Positions 41,699 to 51,802 of a stretch of DNA of 64,000 nt are shown in pieces. The stretch's first letter is position 1. Each line of letters starts with the position of its first letter. A model generated the notes under the pieces. It was not told where the DNA came from and ran no database searches. It worked only from the letters and a program-made list of their open reading frames with translations. This DNA is from a virus. Location: positions 4,212 to 68,211 of IMG/VR virus record IMGVR_UViG_3300045240_000051; one strand, 5' to 3'. The position numbers were made by a program, and so were the translations under genes.

Positions 41699-42375
41699 CA
41701 GGTTTCGTGCCGATACCAAGGCACCCGCGTACAGCCGAAGAATACGGTAAACTGGGGGAACACTTCAAAGAGTTGATGACTCCCGTTCATCCGTTCTACG
41801 AGGGCATCGAAGATTGCTGGCTTACTCGATATTTGCGGAAGCACAAGATACATCCTAATCATTCCGAAGGGGACAACCCCCAAAAGAACACGTTGGCATA
41901 CCACATAGTGCAGCACCAGAAGTTTGAATGGCTATGCAAGGCTGCTATGTACGACCGCGGGCCTGATGTTTTTATTTGGATGGATTACGGTATATGGCAC
42001 GTACCTGGAGTTACTTCGAAGGTGGTTCGTGAATTCCTTGCCAGCGTGAAGCCGTTTGATTTAGCTATTCCGGGGTGTTGGAAGTCAGGTGATCCGCGTA
42101 TAGAGTCGGTTGGTAACGACTGGCCTAACTGGCGGTTTTGTGGCGGTCTTATGGTGGTGCCTAGGAACCAGCTTATACCGCTTTATAAACGGGTGCGGCA
42201 GGCTGTGGCAATAAAGCTTTCGCTGGAGCACCATATAACCTGGGAAGTGAATACACTTGCCGATGTGGAGCAATTCCTGCCGATACGTTGGTATGAAGCG
42301 GACCATAACGAAACAATGTTCACGGAGTACGAACATGGTGCAGACGTTTCGAGAGTTCCAATCCTCACGGCTTGA
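41677..42375 (+). CDS. HtrL/WlaTC-like glycosyltransferase
   Basis: VVTGF, K..W, FIWMDYG, WRFCGG and WY.ADH motifs. Confidence 0.65.
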   Translation: MVRTKVVTGFVPIPRHPRTAEEYGKLGEHFKELMTPVHPFYEGIEDCWLTRYLRKHKIHPNHSEGDNPQKNTLAYHIVQHQKFEWLCKAAMYDRGPDVFIWMDYGIWHVPGVTSKVVREFLASVKPFDLAIPGCWKSGDPRIESVGNDWPNWRFCGGLMVVPRNQLIPLYKRVRQAVAIKLSLEHHITWEVNTLADVEQFLPIRWYEADHNETMFTEYEHGADVSRVPILTA

Positions 42376-42880
42376 GGAAGTTTGTTGTACTCCCCGTTGT
42401 CCTGGTGACACACTTAGCGAGGCCGATTATTGCGTAGGTCTCGTAGAGTTGATAAACTTGGTACGACCAAGATCAGTTATAGAGATTGGTTCATGGAAAG
42501 GTGTATCCACGGAAGCGTTCTTGTTGACCGTCCCGCTTGTTTTAGCAGTTGATCCTTGGGACTATCCGGATGGTATTTTTGAGGAATTTATGGAGCGGTG
42601 TGGTGCGTATCCTGGATTGGGAGTGCGTCGTGGGAAAAGTCCGGAAGCTTTGGAGGGTTTTAACAATCGTTTTGAAATGTGTTACATAGACGCCGAGCAC
42701 ACATATGACGCCGTGCGGGCTGATATTCTTGCGGCTAGCAAAATAGTGAAAGACGACGGGTGGATAGCCGGCCACGATTTCCAAATGCCGCAGGTGGAGA
42801 AGGCGGTATTATCCAGAGTAAAGGCGCCTATACTTTTTAGGGATGGGTCTTGGTTGGTCAAAAACAGGATAATGGAATAG
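42335..42880 (+). CDS. Class I SAM methyltransferase (Methyltransf_24-like)
   Basis: IEIGSWKGVS, VDPW, YIDAEHTY and GWIAGHDF. Confidence 0.85.
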   Translation: MVQTFREFQSSRLEEVCCTPRCPGDTLSEADYCVGLVELINLVRPRSVIEIGSWKGVSTEAFLLTVPLVLAVDPWDYPDGIFEEFMERCGAYPGLGVRRGKSPEALEGFNNRFEMCYIDAEHTYDAVRADILAASKIVKDDGWIAGHDFQMPQVEKAVLSRVKAPILFRDGSWLVKNRIME

Positions 42881-42881
42881 C

Positions 42882-43076
42882 ATGTTGTCCAAGGTACACG
42901 TCAAGTTTGGTGATAATAACTTGTCTTATAACGAGCAATGCAAGTTGCTGTTCGAATTTGAGAAATTTGCCCGTGTCCTATATCCTGATAAAGGGGTGGA
43001 AATTTTCATGGATCGTATGGGGGATGATAGTAAGCTTAGGGTCAAAATGACACCTGAACAAAGGAATACGCTGTAG
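42882..43076 (+). CDS. Small hypothetical protein
   Basis: 64-aa ORF translationally coupled within the operon. Confidence 0.55.
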   Translation: MLSKVHVKFGDNNLSYNEQCKLLFEFEKFARVLYPDKGVEIFMDRMGDDSKLRVKMTPEQRNTL

Positions 43077-44191
43077 TGACTGTTATATCGCCGTATGATC
43101 TTGAGTTAGACGGCACCAAGGTTGGTTGGTGGAAAGATCGCGTGGAAGCATGGGAGCGCGGCGAGAAGTTTGCTCCTATTACAATGGATGTAGCCTGGAC
43201 CCGCCAGTGCAATGCTGCGTGCGTGTTTTGTTATGCCACGTTACAAGCTAGTCAAGGGGGCAAGATTGAGAAGAAGCACGCGTTTGATTTCTTGGATGAT
43301 TGTGCCGAAATTGGTGTGCGGGGTGTGTCGCTTATCAGCGATGGCGAGAGCACTATTGTCCCATGGTTTGCCGACAGCATAGAGCATATGGGGTTGCTTG
43401 GACTGAAAGCGGGTTGTAGTACTAACGGTGTACGGTTGAAGCGTCCGTTGCTGGAACGTATCCTCCCCCATATGACCTACTTGCGGTTTAATTTTAGTGC
43501 CGCGGATCAACCGCGGTATTCTGCGATCATGGGGTTGCAGAAGCGAGACTACGAACAGGTGCTGCAAAACGTTAAAGACGCTATGGAGATAAAGCGGCGC
43601 GACAAGCTGCCGGTTACGATAAACATACAAATGGTCACCATGCCATCGTCGTTCGATCAAATTTTGCCGTTGGCGCGATTGTGCAGAGACGTATTGCGCC
43701 CGGATTATTTGATCTATAAGCATTGCTCAAGTGATAGCGAGAACCAGCTAGGTATTGACTATTCTGAATATTCCAAGTGCCATGATGATTTGCGCCGGGC
43801 AGAGGCTATGGGCGACGATGAATTTCGTGTTGCCGTTAAGTGGTCCAAGATAGAGAACGAGGGTAAGCGGGAATATTCAAAGTGTTTCGGGGCACCGTTC
43901 ATCTTACAAATGAGCGGTAATGGTCTGATTGCCCCCTGCGGTATGCTGTTCAACAGAGAGTATGCTAAATTTCACATCGGCAACATTATAAATGAGCGTT
44001 GGCGGGATATATTCAATTCTGATCGCTACTGGGAAGTTATTCGGTATCTGGCTAGTGACCAGTTTAACCCACAGAAGCGGTGCGGTGCCAACTGTTTGCA
44101 GCATCATACCAATGACTGGCTTTACAAGTTTAACCAGGGGCGCGTGCAGCTTCCGTCTTCTTCCATGCCAACCCACCCGGAGTTCATTTAA
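43076..44191 (+). CDS. Radical SAM enzyme with SPASM/twitch domain
   Basis: CNAACVFC, DGE, TNG; C-terminal C..G.I.PC..IGNI..CxxxC. Confidence 0.88.
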   Translation: MTVISPYDLELDGTKVGWWKDRVEAWERGEKFAPITMDVAWTRQCNAACVFCYATLQASQGGKIEKKHAFDFLDDCAEIGVRGVSLISDGESTIVPWFADSIEHMGLLGLKAGCSTNGVRLKRPLLERILPHMTYLRFNFSAADQPRYSAIMGLQKRDYEQVLQNVKDAMEIKRRDKLPVTINIQMVTMPSSFDQILPLARLCRDVLRPDYLIYKHCSSDSENQLGIDYSEYSKCHDDLRRAEAMGDDEFRVAVKWSKIENEGKREYSKCFGAPFILQMSGNGLIAPCGMLFNREYAKFHIGNIINERWRDIFNSDRYWEVIRYLASDQFNPQKRCGANCLQHHTNDWLYKFNQGRVQLPSSSMPTHPEFI

Positions 44192-44850
44192 TGTGGTTTA
44201 TGCCAACATACGGCCGTCCGCACCACCTGGAGCAGTTGGAGGCTTCCCCTGGCGGTATGCCGCCTTACGACGATTTTGTACTTCTGCTTACCGAGTCTGA
44301 TCCTAAGTTGGTGGGGTATGACAAATGGCCGTACCGAAAAATGATACGGCCTGCGCGTTCGCTTGGGGACCAACTCAGGTATATATTACCGTGTTTCCCT
44401 AGAGAACGTAGCTACGGTATTTTGACAGACGATCATTACCCGCAGACCAAATACTGGTGGAATTTTATGGAAACGGCCGCTGGGGACCGGTTGCTTGCTA
44501 TTGCTACGGCACCGGGGAGTACTGCGTCGTTGCCAGGAGAACCGTGTTTTGGTGGTGGCCTTGTGCGGGCTATGGGCAGCATAATGCCGCCGAAAGATGT
44601 GCATCACAACTCCACCGATGTTGTATGGAGAGAAATTGGGGATGCGTTTAAGTTGATTACGGTTGTTCCGGAAGCTGTTATTTTGGAAAAGCACCCTATA
44701 CACGGCACCGCGGAAATGGACGATACTTACAAGCGGGGGGCGTTTAACCCGATGTTTAAGGACAATGATCCGGCCAACCACCACAAGTGGTCTGTCAGTA
44801 AGGCCCATGACGATATGTATACACGAATTAAAGTGTTTCTCGAAAATTAA
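44191..44850 (+). CDS. Putative GT-A fold glycosyltransferase
   Basis: MPTYGRP, LTDD and H..D..H pattern. Confidence 0.55.
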   Translation: MWFMPTYGRPHHLEQLEASPGGMPPYDDFVLLLTESDPKLVGYDKWPYRKMIRPARSLGDQLRYILPCFPRERSYGILTDDHYPQTKYWWNFMETAAGDRLLAIATAPGSTASLPGEPCFGGGLVRAMGSIMPPKDVHHNSTDVVWREIGDAFKLITVVPEAVILEKHPIHGTAEMDDTYKRGAFNPMFKDNDPANHHKWSVSKAHDDMYTRIKVFLEN

Positions 44851-44917
44851 CAGGTTATCTACTTTTGCCGGGTTAGATGGCCCCAAGGGTTTAGCTAGCC
44901 CTACAGGAGATTTTCCA

Positions 44918-45868
44918 ATGGCCAGTGGCGCAAAAAGTGGTTCCAAAGATACCGGTAGCGTTGCCGATCTAAAGGGCAGCGGTAAAGTTGACCGGCACGA
45001 AAAAACGCATAACGTAGAATTTGCCAAGGGCGGCAACACCAAGATGTTTGGCGAGCAAGCGGCCGGTGAACAGAAGCCGGAACACACCGGTAAGCAGCCT
45101 ACGTCGGCTCCCGGTGCGGAGTTCGCCAAGGGCGGCAGTGGTAAGATGTTTGGCTTTACCGCGGCCCAGCCGGCCCAGTCGGGCATTACGAGTGCTCGAT
45201 AATGGCCATCAAGGTCACAGGCGGTAAGGTTAAATCTGCGGGTGCTCCGGAAGGTAGAGAGTTTGCTTTGGGCACACGACCACCCAATTTGCGTGACTTT
45301 CCGATCCAGCGCACCATGCCTGTGAACAGCGGGGCTGGTACACGCAATTATGGTAAGGCCCAGCAAGGCCCACGTCAGCCGGCGTTTGGCGGCGGGTTTG
45401 GCACTACAGGCCAGATTGGAAGCTAACCATGGTTTTCAAGAAAGATATTAAGCCGTTTTCCAAAGGCGGGGCAATTACCAAGCACCAGGGTAAGGGCTCG
45501 CAGATGGCTGCTATGCCAAATCGGAATACCTTGTCTGCGCTGCAACAGCCAGCAGGTCAGTCGATCAACAACTACGCAAAAGCCACCCCCATGGCTAACC
45601 CGACTGCCGGTGCTCCGGACGGTTTGGGTAGTGGGAGTTGGGCTGGAAACGGACAATAATGGCCCTTCCGCCTTCTCTTAAAGACACAATAGAGCGTTTG
45701 AAGAATAACGCTGGCGAGGCGTACGATATTTTTGTTAACGCATTTGAAACCCATACCGCCGAAGTTACCGCCACGGTAATAATAGCCTCTCCTTCCGATG
45801 TGCAGAATAAGCAAGGACAGGCCCAAGAAGCGACTAAGTTGTTGAGGATGTTCAAAGAAGCCAAGTAA
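44918..45868 (+). other. Four small head-region ORFs (44918-45202, 45202-45426, 45429-45659, 45659-45868)
   Basis: Coupled G/K-rich ORFs, two with FAKGG/FSKGG motifs. Confidence 0.7.
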
Positions 45869-45907
45869 GCCCGGACCGTATAGCCGTCCGCGCCAAAGGA
45901 GACGAAA

Positions 45908-46972
45908 ATGGCAGCGCCCCTTCCGCCTGTGGATACTAGTGTTTCACTCCCCCCGTCTGTGCTTAGAGCCGCGGAAGTAGCCAATGCAGCCCATGCGCAA
46001 GCGTACGGAGCCCCCGAACCGCAACCAGCAGCTACTGAACCAGCGCCAGCTAATGCAGGGTCACCTGACCCCGCCGCCCCGGCTACAGAGCCAGTCCAGC
46101 CACAACCCGTTGCCCAGCTCGCCGCTACACAACCCCAGTCAGAACCACAGCACCAGGAGCCCGTAGAGCCTGCGGAATGGGAGCATCGCTATCAGTCCAT
46201 GAAGGGGCGCTTCGATCAATCGCAGCGCACTGTTGGATCGTTGCAGCAACAGCTTTCGGAGTTGGGAGACGAGCTTATTCGAACCCAGCAGTTAATAACG
46301 CAGCCCCGCCAACAGCAGCAACCGAATACACCGCCGCAGCCGGTTAGGGTATTGACAGACGAAGATCGTGCCAATTATGGTCCGGAGTTGCTGGATGTTA
46401 TCCAGCGTGCTGCACGTGAAGCTATAGAGCCTGAAATCAATCAGGTTAGGCAGCAAAATCGTAATATAGCTCAAAGGGTTGCAACACAAACGCAGCAAGG
46501 TGTTTACCAGACCCTTAGCGCCGAAATACCTAATTGGAACGAGATAAATAACAGTCCACGATTCAAGGCGTGGTGCCGTTTACCAGACCTTTACTCAGGG
46601 GTGGTACGTGGTAAGTTGTTAATGGACGCCTTCCAAGCCGCTAATGCGCCTCGGGTAGTCGCGTTCTTTAGGGGCTTCCTCGCAGAGGAAGTAGCCACGG
46701 GCCAGCAACCAGACCCGTCGGGCCAGCAGCAGCAAGAACCCGCTCCTGCACGGCAACCGGCGATCCCCCTGGAAACTCTTGCGGCTCCTGGTAGGGCGAA
46801 GCCGGCGACTGGGAACACTCCTGCGCCCGCGGATAAGCCGATTTACACACGCGCTCAAGTTGCCGGGTTTTACGATGACGTACGCAAAGGTGTGTACGCT
46901 GGTCGTGACGAAGACAAAAAGCGCGACGAGGCATTGATTTTCGCGGCCCAACGTGAGGGTCGCATTCGATAA
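45908..46972 (+). CDS. Capsid scaffolding protein
   Basis: P/Q/A-rich N-terminus, coiled coil and AQREGRI C-terminus; directly upstream of the major capsid gene. Confidence 0.75.
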   Translation: MAAPLPPVDTSVSLPPSVLRAAEVANAAHAQAYGAPEPQPAATEPAPANAGSPDPAAPATEPVQPQPVAQLAATQPQSEPQHQEPVEPAEWEHRYQSMKGRFDQSQRTVGSLQQQLSELGDELIRTQQLITQPRQQQQPNTPPQPVRVLTDEDRANYGPELLDVIQRAAREAIEPEINQVRQQNRNIAQRVATQTQQGVYQTLSAEIPNWNEINNSPRFKAWCRLPDLYSGVVRGKLLMDAFQAANAPRVVAFFRGFLAEEVATGQQPDPSGQQQQEPAPARQPAIPLETLAAPGRAKPATGNTPAPADKPIYTRAQVAGFYDDVRKGVYAGRDEDKKRDEALIFAAQREGRIR

Positions 46973-47011
46973 CCAGGGGCATGAGGGTGCCCCGCAATAA
47001 GGGGTAGTACC

Positions 47012-48022
47012 ATGCCTATCGGCTCTGGCGCATTTCCGGGTGCAACGTCTGGCTCAACACCGGCTATTTATCCGGTCGGTTCGAGCGGCAACAGCTTGCA
47101 GACTACCGGTTTCATTCCTGAAATCTGGTCTGGTAAGCTTGTTGAGAAATTCTATGCCAGCACTGTGTTGGCTGCAATCAGCAACACGGACTATGAGGGT
47201 GAAATCAAGAACAAGGGTGACCGTGTGAAAATTCGCACGAAACCCACGATCACCATTCATACGTACGATGCCGACGGCTTGCTCGGTCTCGACCGTCCGA
47301 CTGGTGGCACCGTGGAACTCTATATCTCCACGGGTAAGTACTTCTCGCTGATCCTCGACGACGTGATGGAAATTCAGAGCGATTTGAACATTCTGTCTAT
47401 GTGGTCGGACGACGCAGCGCAGCAGCTTAAGATCACGGTTGACCAGGACGTTCTTGCCGGTATCGTCGGCGGAATGGCCGCGGCTAACCAGGGTACGGCG
47501 GCTGGTGTCATCACTGGCTCGTTGAACCTTGGTGCGCAGGGTTCTCCGCTTACGGTGGTTGGCCGTAACCCGGCTTCCGGTCAGGTGGAACTGCTTGACG
47601 TGCTCATGCGTATGGGTCAGGTCCTGGACGAACAGAACATTCCGGAAGTCGGCCGATGGGTCGTCATGCCGGCTTGGGCTGGTCGCCAGATCAAGCAGTC
47701 GGAACTTCGTCAGGCTTATCTGTCTGGAGATAGCGTGTCGATGCTGCGGAACGGCCGGCTTGGTATGGTGGATCGGTTCACGATCTACATTTCGAACTTG
47801 CTGCCGAACAACAGTAACGACTCTGCCGCGTTCAACTCTGGTGAGTGGCCTATTTTCGCTGGCCACGCTCATGGTCTGACATTCGCGTCGCAGATTTCCA
47901 AGGTCGAAACGTTGAGATCAGAATTAACGTTCGGGCAAATCCTCCGTGGGTTGCAGGTTTATGGCTATCAAATTGTTGATGGTAAAGCGTTAGTTCAGGC
48001 ACAGGTTACTCCTGGGTCCTAA
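47012..48022 (+). CDS. Major capsid protein
   Basis: FIPEIWSGKL, YEGEIK..GD.VKI, GRWVV, LRNG.LG.VDRF.IY.SN and RGLQVYG; strong codon bias. Confidence 0.9.
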   Translation: MPIGSGAFPGATSGSTPAIYPVGSSGNSLQTTGFIPEIWSGKLVEKFYASTVLAAISNTDYEGEIKNKGDRVKIRTKPTITIHTYDADGLLGLDRPTGGTVELYISTGKYFSLILDDVMEIQSDLNILSMWSDDAAQQLKITVDQDVLAGIVGGMAAANQGTAAGVITGSLNLGAQGSPLTVVGRNPASGQVELLDVLMRMGQVLDEQNIPEVGRWVVMPAWAGRQIKQSELRQAYLSGDSVSMLRNGRLGMVDRFTIYISNLLPNNSNDSAAFNSGEWPIFAGHAHGLTFASQISKVETLRSELTFGQILRGLQVYGYQIVDGKALVQAQVTPGS

Positions 48023-48048
48023 CGGTTCAACCATTGCGAGTGGTGCAG

Positions 48049-48081
48049 ACGGCGGGGCTTGACACCCCGCCGTTTTTGTTT
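48049..48081 (+). terminator. Rho-independent terminator after the major capsid gene
   Basis: acggcgggg-cttgaca-ccccgccgt followed by a T-rich tract. Confidence 0.85.
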
Positions 48082-48111
48082 ATATATTGGCATGACCCAA
48101 AGGAGATTACC

Positions 48112-48600
48112 ATGCCGTATAAAGACGCCGCCCAAAAACGTGCGAATAATGCTGCTTGGCGTGCTGCGCATCCGGATTATAATTGGCACCGGGATAACCC
48201 TGAAAAATCAAAAACGCAATCTGATACGTACAGAAAAGAACATTTAACGCAATACGCAGAATACCAACGCAACTCGCGCGGTAGGCGGCCTAGAGAAACG
48301 TTGGTTGAACAAGCTAGAGGTAGGGCTAAACGAGACGGGCTCCCCTGCGATATAACCGTTGAATTATTGGAGTGGCCTACGCATTGCCCTGTACTAGGGG
48401 TAGAATTGGACTATACCCAAACGCCGCCAGGAGAACGGCGGATTAGAACGAATTCGCCTACGCTTGATCGCCGCGTAAATAAACTTGGGTATGTGAGGGG
48501 TAACGTGTTTGTAATTTCACACCGCGCCAATCGTATAAAATCCGACGCAACTGCTGCCGAGTTGAAAGCTGTTGCTGAATATGCGGCTATTACCGTCTGA
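48112..48600 (+). CDS. Free-standing HNH-type endonuclease
   Basis: CPVLG..SPTLDR..GYVRGNV.VIS.RANRIK. Confidence 0.8.
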   Translation: MPYKDAAQKRANNAAWRAAHPDYNWHRDNPEKSKTQSDTYRKEHLTQYAEYQRNSRGRRPRETLVEQARGRAKRDGLPCDITVELLEWPTHCPVLGVELDYTQTPPGERRIRTNSPTLDRRVNKLGYVRGNVFVISHRANRIKSDATAAELKAVAEYAAITV

Positions 48601-48643
48601 TTAACGAATGGTTGTTACCGTCGGCGGTAACAGGACCGCCGAT

Positions 48644-49045
48644 ATGTCTGAACAACTCTGCACGGTGAAAGACTATATAGACGACGTGCGGACACTGGTT
48701 CAAGATAAACGCCAGCCGTATCGCTATGACGACACCAGCATGGTGCGGGCGCTTAATTTGGCGTTCCTTGAGGGGCGGCGCATTCGACCGGACCTGTATA
48801 TTCATCGGGATGGTCTTAAGGTCCCACATTTCGAAAATCCATCCGATGAAGAAGTCCATATGGAGCAGCAGTTCCGGCTGGCGTTCGTGTTTGGCACTGC
48901 GTCGCATGTTCTCTTGAGGGACGAGGAGGACGTGCAGGATTTGCGTGCTAACTCGTTCGCCAATACTTTCAAGTACCTTCTTACCGGCGAGAAGCCGCCA
49001 CAAGTTCAGGGTGGCACGCCTGGACCTGGAAGTGCCCAAAAATGA
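48644..49045 (+). CDS. Head completion/adaptor protein
   Basis: R.LVQD..RY.D..LN..RPDL pattern; follows the capsid gene. Confidence 0.6.
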   Translation: MSEQLCTVKDYIDDVRTLVQDKRQPYRYDDTSMVRALNLAFLEGRRIRPDLYIHRDGLKVPHFENPSDEEVHMEQQFRLAFVFGTASHVLLRDEEDVQDLRANSFANTFKYLLTGEKPPQVQGGTPGPGSAQK

Positions 49046-49716
49046 TAGCCACTCGCGACCTCGAACAATTTATGAACCAAGCCCGGATCAAGCTTCCGGG
49101 TGCGTCGGATATGGGCCTTAAGGCTGAACTGTACGACGTGCTGGATGAATTTTGTGACGAGAGCGGTGCGTGGCGTGAGGCACTTACGGTGCCAATCTTG
49201 GCCAAGACCAGCACCAATAACAACCTTAACTACCAGCTTGTTCCGCAAAACGATGGTATTATCATACGTCTAGTGGGCGTGTGGGACCCCTTGAACATTC
49301 CACAGCCAGCCTTCATGCCGACCAATGCCAGTGATGACGGCACTGAAATTGGACAGCTTCAACTGGTGAACCCAGTTAATCAGCCTCAGAATTTCACTGT
49401 TGCGGTAATCAAGACTGTTGTGTTGCCTAACGGTAAGGGCGAAGTGCCGGTGTTCGATCAAGTCTTATTTCGGCGCTACCATCGGTATTTGCTGGACGGC
49501 GTGCTTGGCAAGATGATGGGGCAGCTAAATAAATCTTTCTCCAATCCAACGCTTAGTATGTATCACTTGCGTAGATTTGAAAATGGCAAGGCCATGGCGC
49601 GGGTGCAGACCGAACGACAGAATACGCAGGGCGCGCAGGCGTGGTCGTTCCCGCAGACTTTTAGAGCGCGAGGCCAACGTGGCGGTGTATCTACTGCTAA
49701 CCCATCGCAGTTCTAA
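49042..49716 (+). CDS. Head-tail adaptor (tubular protein-like)
   Basis: LPGA..EFC.ES.AW N-terminus; position in the structural module. Confidence 0.6.
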   Translation: MIATRDLEQFMNQARIKLPGASDMGLKAELYDVLDEFCDESGAWREALTVPILAKTSTNNNLNYQLVPQNDGIIIRLVGVWDPLNIPQPAFMPTNASDDGTEIGQLQLVNPVNQPQNFTVAVIKTVVLPNGKGEVPVFDQVLFRRYHRYLLDGVLGKMMGQLNKSFSNPTLSMYHLRRFENGKAMARVQTERQNTQGAQAWSFPQTFRARGQRGGVSTANPSQF

Positions 49717-49727
49717 CGGAGTGATAG

Positions 49728-50138
49728 ATGCCATCGCCCACTAGTGAAAAAGTCGATATTGTTGTTTCAAACAACGCGACTTTTAATGACAGCTTTTGGT
49801 TTGACCCACCGTATCCGTGGGGGGTTACGGGTGCGACTGGTCCAACGGGAACTAACTGGACTTTGACCGGTCAGAATTTTCGCTTGGATATTAAGGGGAA
49901 CAAATACACGCAGGTTAACCCGTTGCTGTCTTTGTTCTCGACAAATGGGCAGATCGTGGTGGATGATGTTAACCAGCGGATACTTCATTTCAATGTGCCG
50001 GAAGCCACGCTTACCGCGGCGCTTATTCCTGGTGAGTATGAATACGATTTTGTCATGTACGACAATTCTAATCCGCCCGTGCGCGTGCAGTTGATGCACG
50101 GTAAATTTAGGGTGGACGAAGGAATTACAGGGGGCTAA
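49728..50138 (+). CDS. Ig/BppU-like virion protein with a short collagen-like insert
   Basis: LTG..D..G.Y.YD..G.F.V beta-sandwich pattern; [10 protein letters not shown] insert. Confidence 0.55.
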   Translation: MPSPTSEKVDIVVSNNATFNDSFWFDPPYPWGVTGATGPTGTNWTLTGQNFRLDIKGNKYTQVNPLLSLFSTNGQIVVDDVNQRILHFNVPEATLTAALIPGEYEYDFVMYDNSNPPVRVQLMHGKFRVDEGITGG

Positions 50139-50139
50139 G

Positions 50140-50454
50140 ATGGTTGCTTATCCGGCTGGTCCAACTCCTGTATTCACGCGCCCTATTGTTATAGCAACAG
50201 GGTTCACCGGCCCTACTGGCCCTGGTGTTGGGTCTACCGGTCCTTCTGGAGCAACAGGCCCTACGTCGGCTACTGGCCCCATTGGCCAAACTGGGCCCAC
50301 TGGCGCTAACTTTTCCAGTTCGTTTTTGGCTGCGGGTGCGGGTGGCGCCACGCCGGTACTGTCTGTTGGTCCGACTGGTGTGCATTCCGCTGTGCAGGCT
50401 TGGTTGTCTATTACTGGCCCTGCGGGTACGCAAGTGTATATCCCTTGTTACTAA
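50140..50454 (+). CDS. Short collagen-like protein
   Basis: GPT repeats; YIPCY C-terminus. Confidence 0.8.
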   Translation: MVAYPAGPTPVFTRPIVIATGFTGPTGPGVGSTGPSGATGPTSATGPIGQTGPTGANFSSSFLAAGAGGATPVLSVGPTGVHSAVQAWLSITGPAGTQVYIPCY

Positions 50455-50463
50455 GGTGCCTAA

Positions 50464-51801
50464 ATGCGTTTTGAAGTTGCCGACGAAGAAAGAGTTCTCG
50501 GGCGTCTAAATCAGGTTGTTGGCGACAGCCTACAGCATGAGATTGATTATTCGGAGTGGTTGCAGAAGGGCGAAGTACTTAGCGCGGTATTTTTAACAGT
50601 TGATGCTGGCACGGCGACTGTTAGCAACCAGACTTATTTTCTAAACCAGAAAGCTGTTAGGTTTTTTCTTAACGGCGGGACACTTGGCGATCAGTTCAAT
50701 ATTATAGTGTTTGCCACCACGTCGTTTGGCCAAAGCCGGTATGATAGTATTCATGTTGGTGTTGAAACGAATGGTGGTGCCGTTGTTTTGTCTTCTAACC
50801 AGCAGCTTATGTTGTCAATACAGGGGAATACGGGGCCCACTGGTATCGGTCCTACTGGTCCGTCGGGTGGTCCTACTGGTGCAACTGGTTCGTCTGTTAC
50901 TGGTCCTACTGGCACGACCGGTAACACCGGTTCTACTGGGTGCACAGGAAACACTGGCCCTACTGGTGCGCAGGGCATACAGGGTATTCAAGGCGTAACT
51001 GGCCCCACGGGTAACACAGGAAACACTGGCCCTACTGGTGCGCAGGGCATACAGGGTATTCAAGGCGTAACTGGTTCTACGGGGAACACCGGTAATACCG
51101 GTCCCACTGGGAGCATCGGTAACGCGGGCCCGACCGGTGCACAGGGCGTAACTGGCCCCACCGGTAACACCGGTCCCACTAGTAATACTGGTCCTACCGG
51201 TGCACAGGGCGCAGCGAGCACAGTTACTGGCCCCACTGGTAACACCGGTAACACCGGCCCTACTGGTGCGCAAGGTAACGCTGGGGCAGCGAGCACGGTT
51301 ACTGGTCCTACCGGGTATACTGGAAATACGGGGAATACTGGCGCTGCTGGTCCTGCTGCCAATACCGGTGCAACAGGTCCGACAGGACCAATCGGCAATA
51401 CAGGTAACACTGGTAACACTGGTAACACTGGCCCAACCGGGTTAAATAATAGCGGTACAGGGTGGGTTCCTACAGATCAAAGTGGGGCGGGTTTATCATT
51501 TACAAATGCTACTGGTACATATTCCCAAATTGGTAATTGGGTTTTTGTGGCAGGCGCGCTAACTTATCCTTCTACTGTTGACACCAGCGCGTCTAAAATA
51601 TCGTTACCTGTTGCGGTGCCTAATACTTTATACGCTGCTGTCCCAGGGGTTTCTACTAATGCTTCTTCTGGCAGTGAAATAAGGGCGGTTCAAAATTCTT
51701 CCACCGCGGCGTTTGTGCTTATTGCTAGTGGCGCTGCGCTTACCAATGCTAATCTTACTAGCAGAGCAATAGAGTTTGCGTTGGCGTTTCCAGTGAGTTA
51801 A
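50464..51801 (+). CDS. Collagen-like tail fibre
   Basis: N-terminal adaptor domain, long G-X-T stalk and a C-terminal fibre tip ([12 protein letters not shown]). Confidence 0.85.
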   Translation: MRFEVADEERVLGRLNQVVGDSLQHEIDYSEWLQKGEVLSAVFLTVDAGTATVSNQTYFLNQKAVRFFLNGGTLGDQFNIIVFATTSFGQSRYDSIHVGVETNGGAVVLSSNQQLMLSIQGNTGPTGIGPTGPSGGPTGATGSSVTGPTGTTGNTGSTGCTGNTGPTGAQGIQGIQGVTGPTGNTGNTGPTGAQGIQGIQGVTGSTGNTGNTGPTGSIGNAGPTGAQGVTGPTGNTGPTSNTGPTGAQGAASTVTGPTGNTGNTGPTGAQGNAGAASTVTGPTGYTGNTGNTGAAGPAANTGATGPTGPIGNTGNTGNTGNTGPTGLNNSGTGWVPTDQSGAGLSFTNATGTYSQIGNWVFVAGALTYPSTVDTSASKISLPVAVPNTLYAAVPGVSTNASSGSEIRAVQNSSTAAFVLIASGAALTNANLTSRAIEFALAFPVS

Positions 51802-51802
51802 C

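Noticed and set aside
42882-45659. RiPP cluster (radical SAM/SPASM plus small peptides)
   Set aside because: No RRE domain, peptidase or transporter is visible. The neighbours are glycan enzymes and the small ORFs look like head-associated proteins. Not fully excluded.
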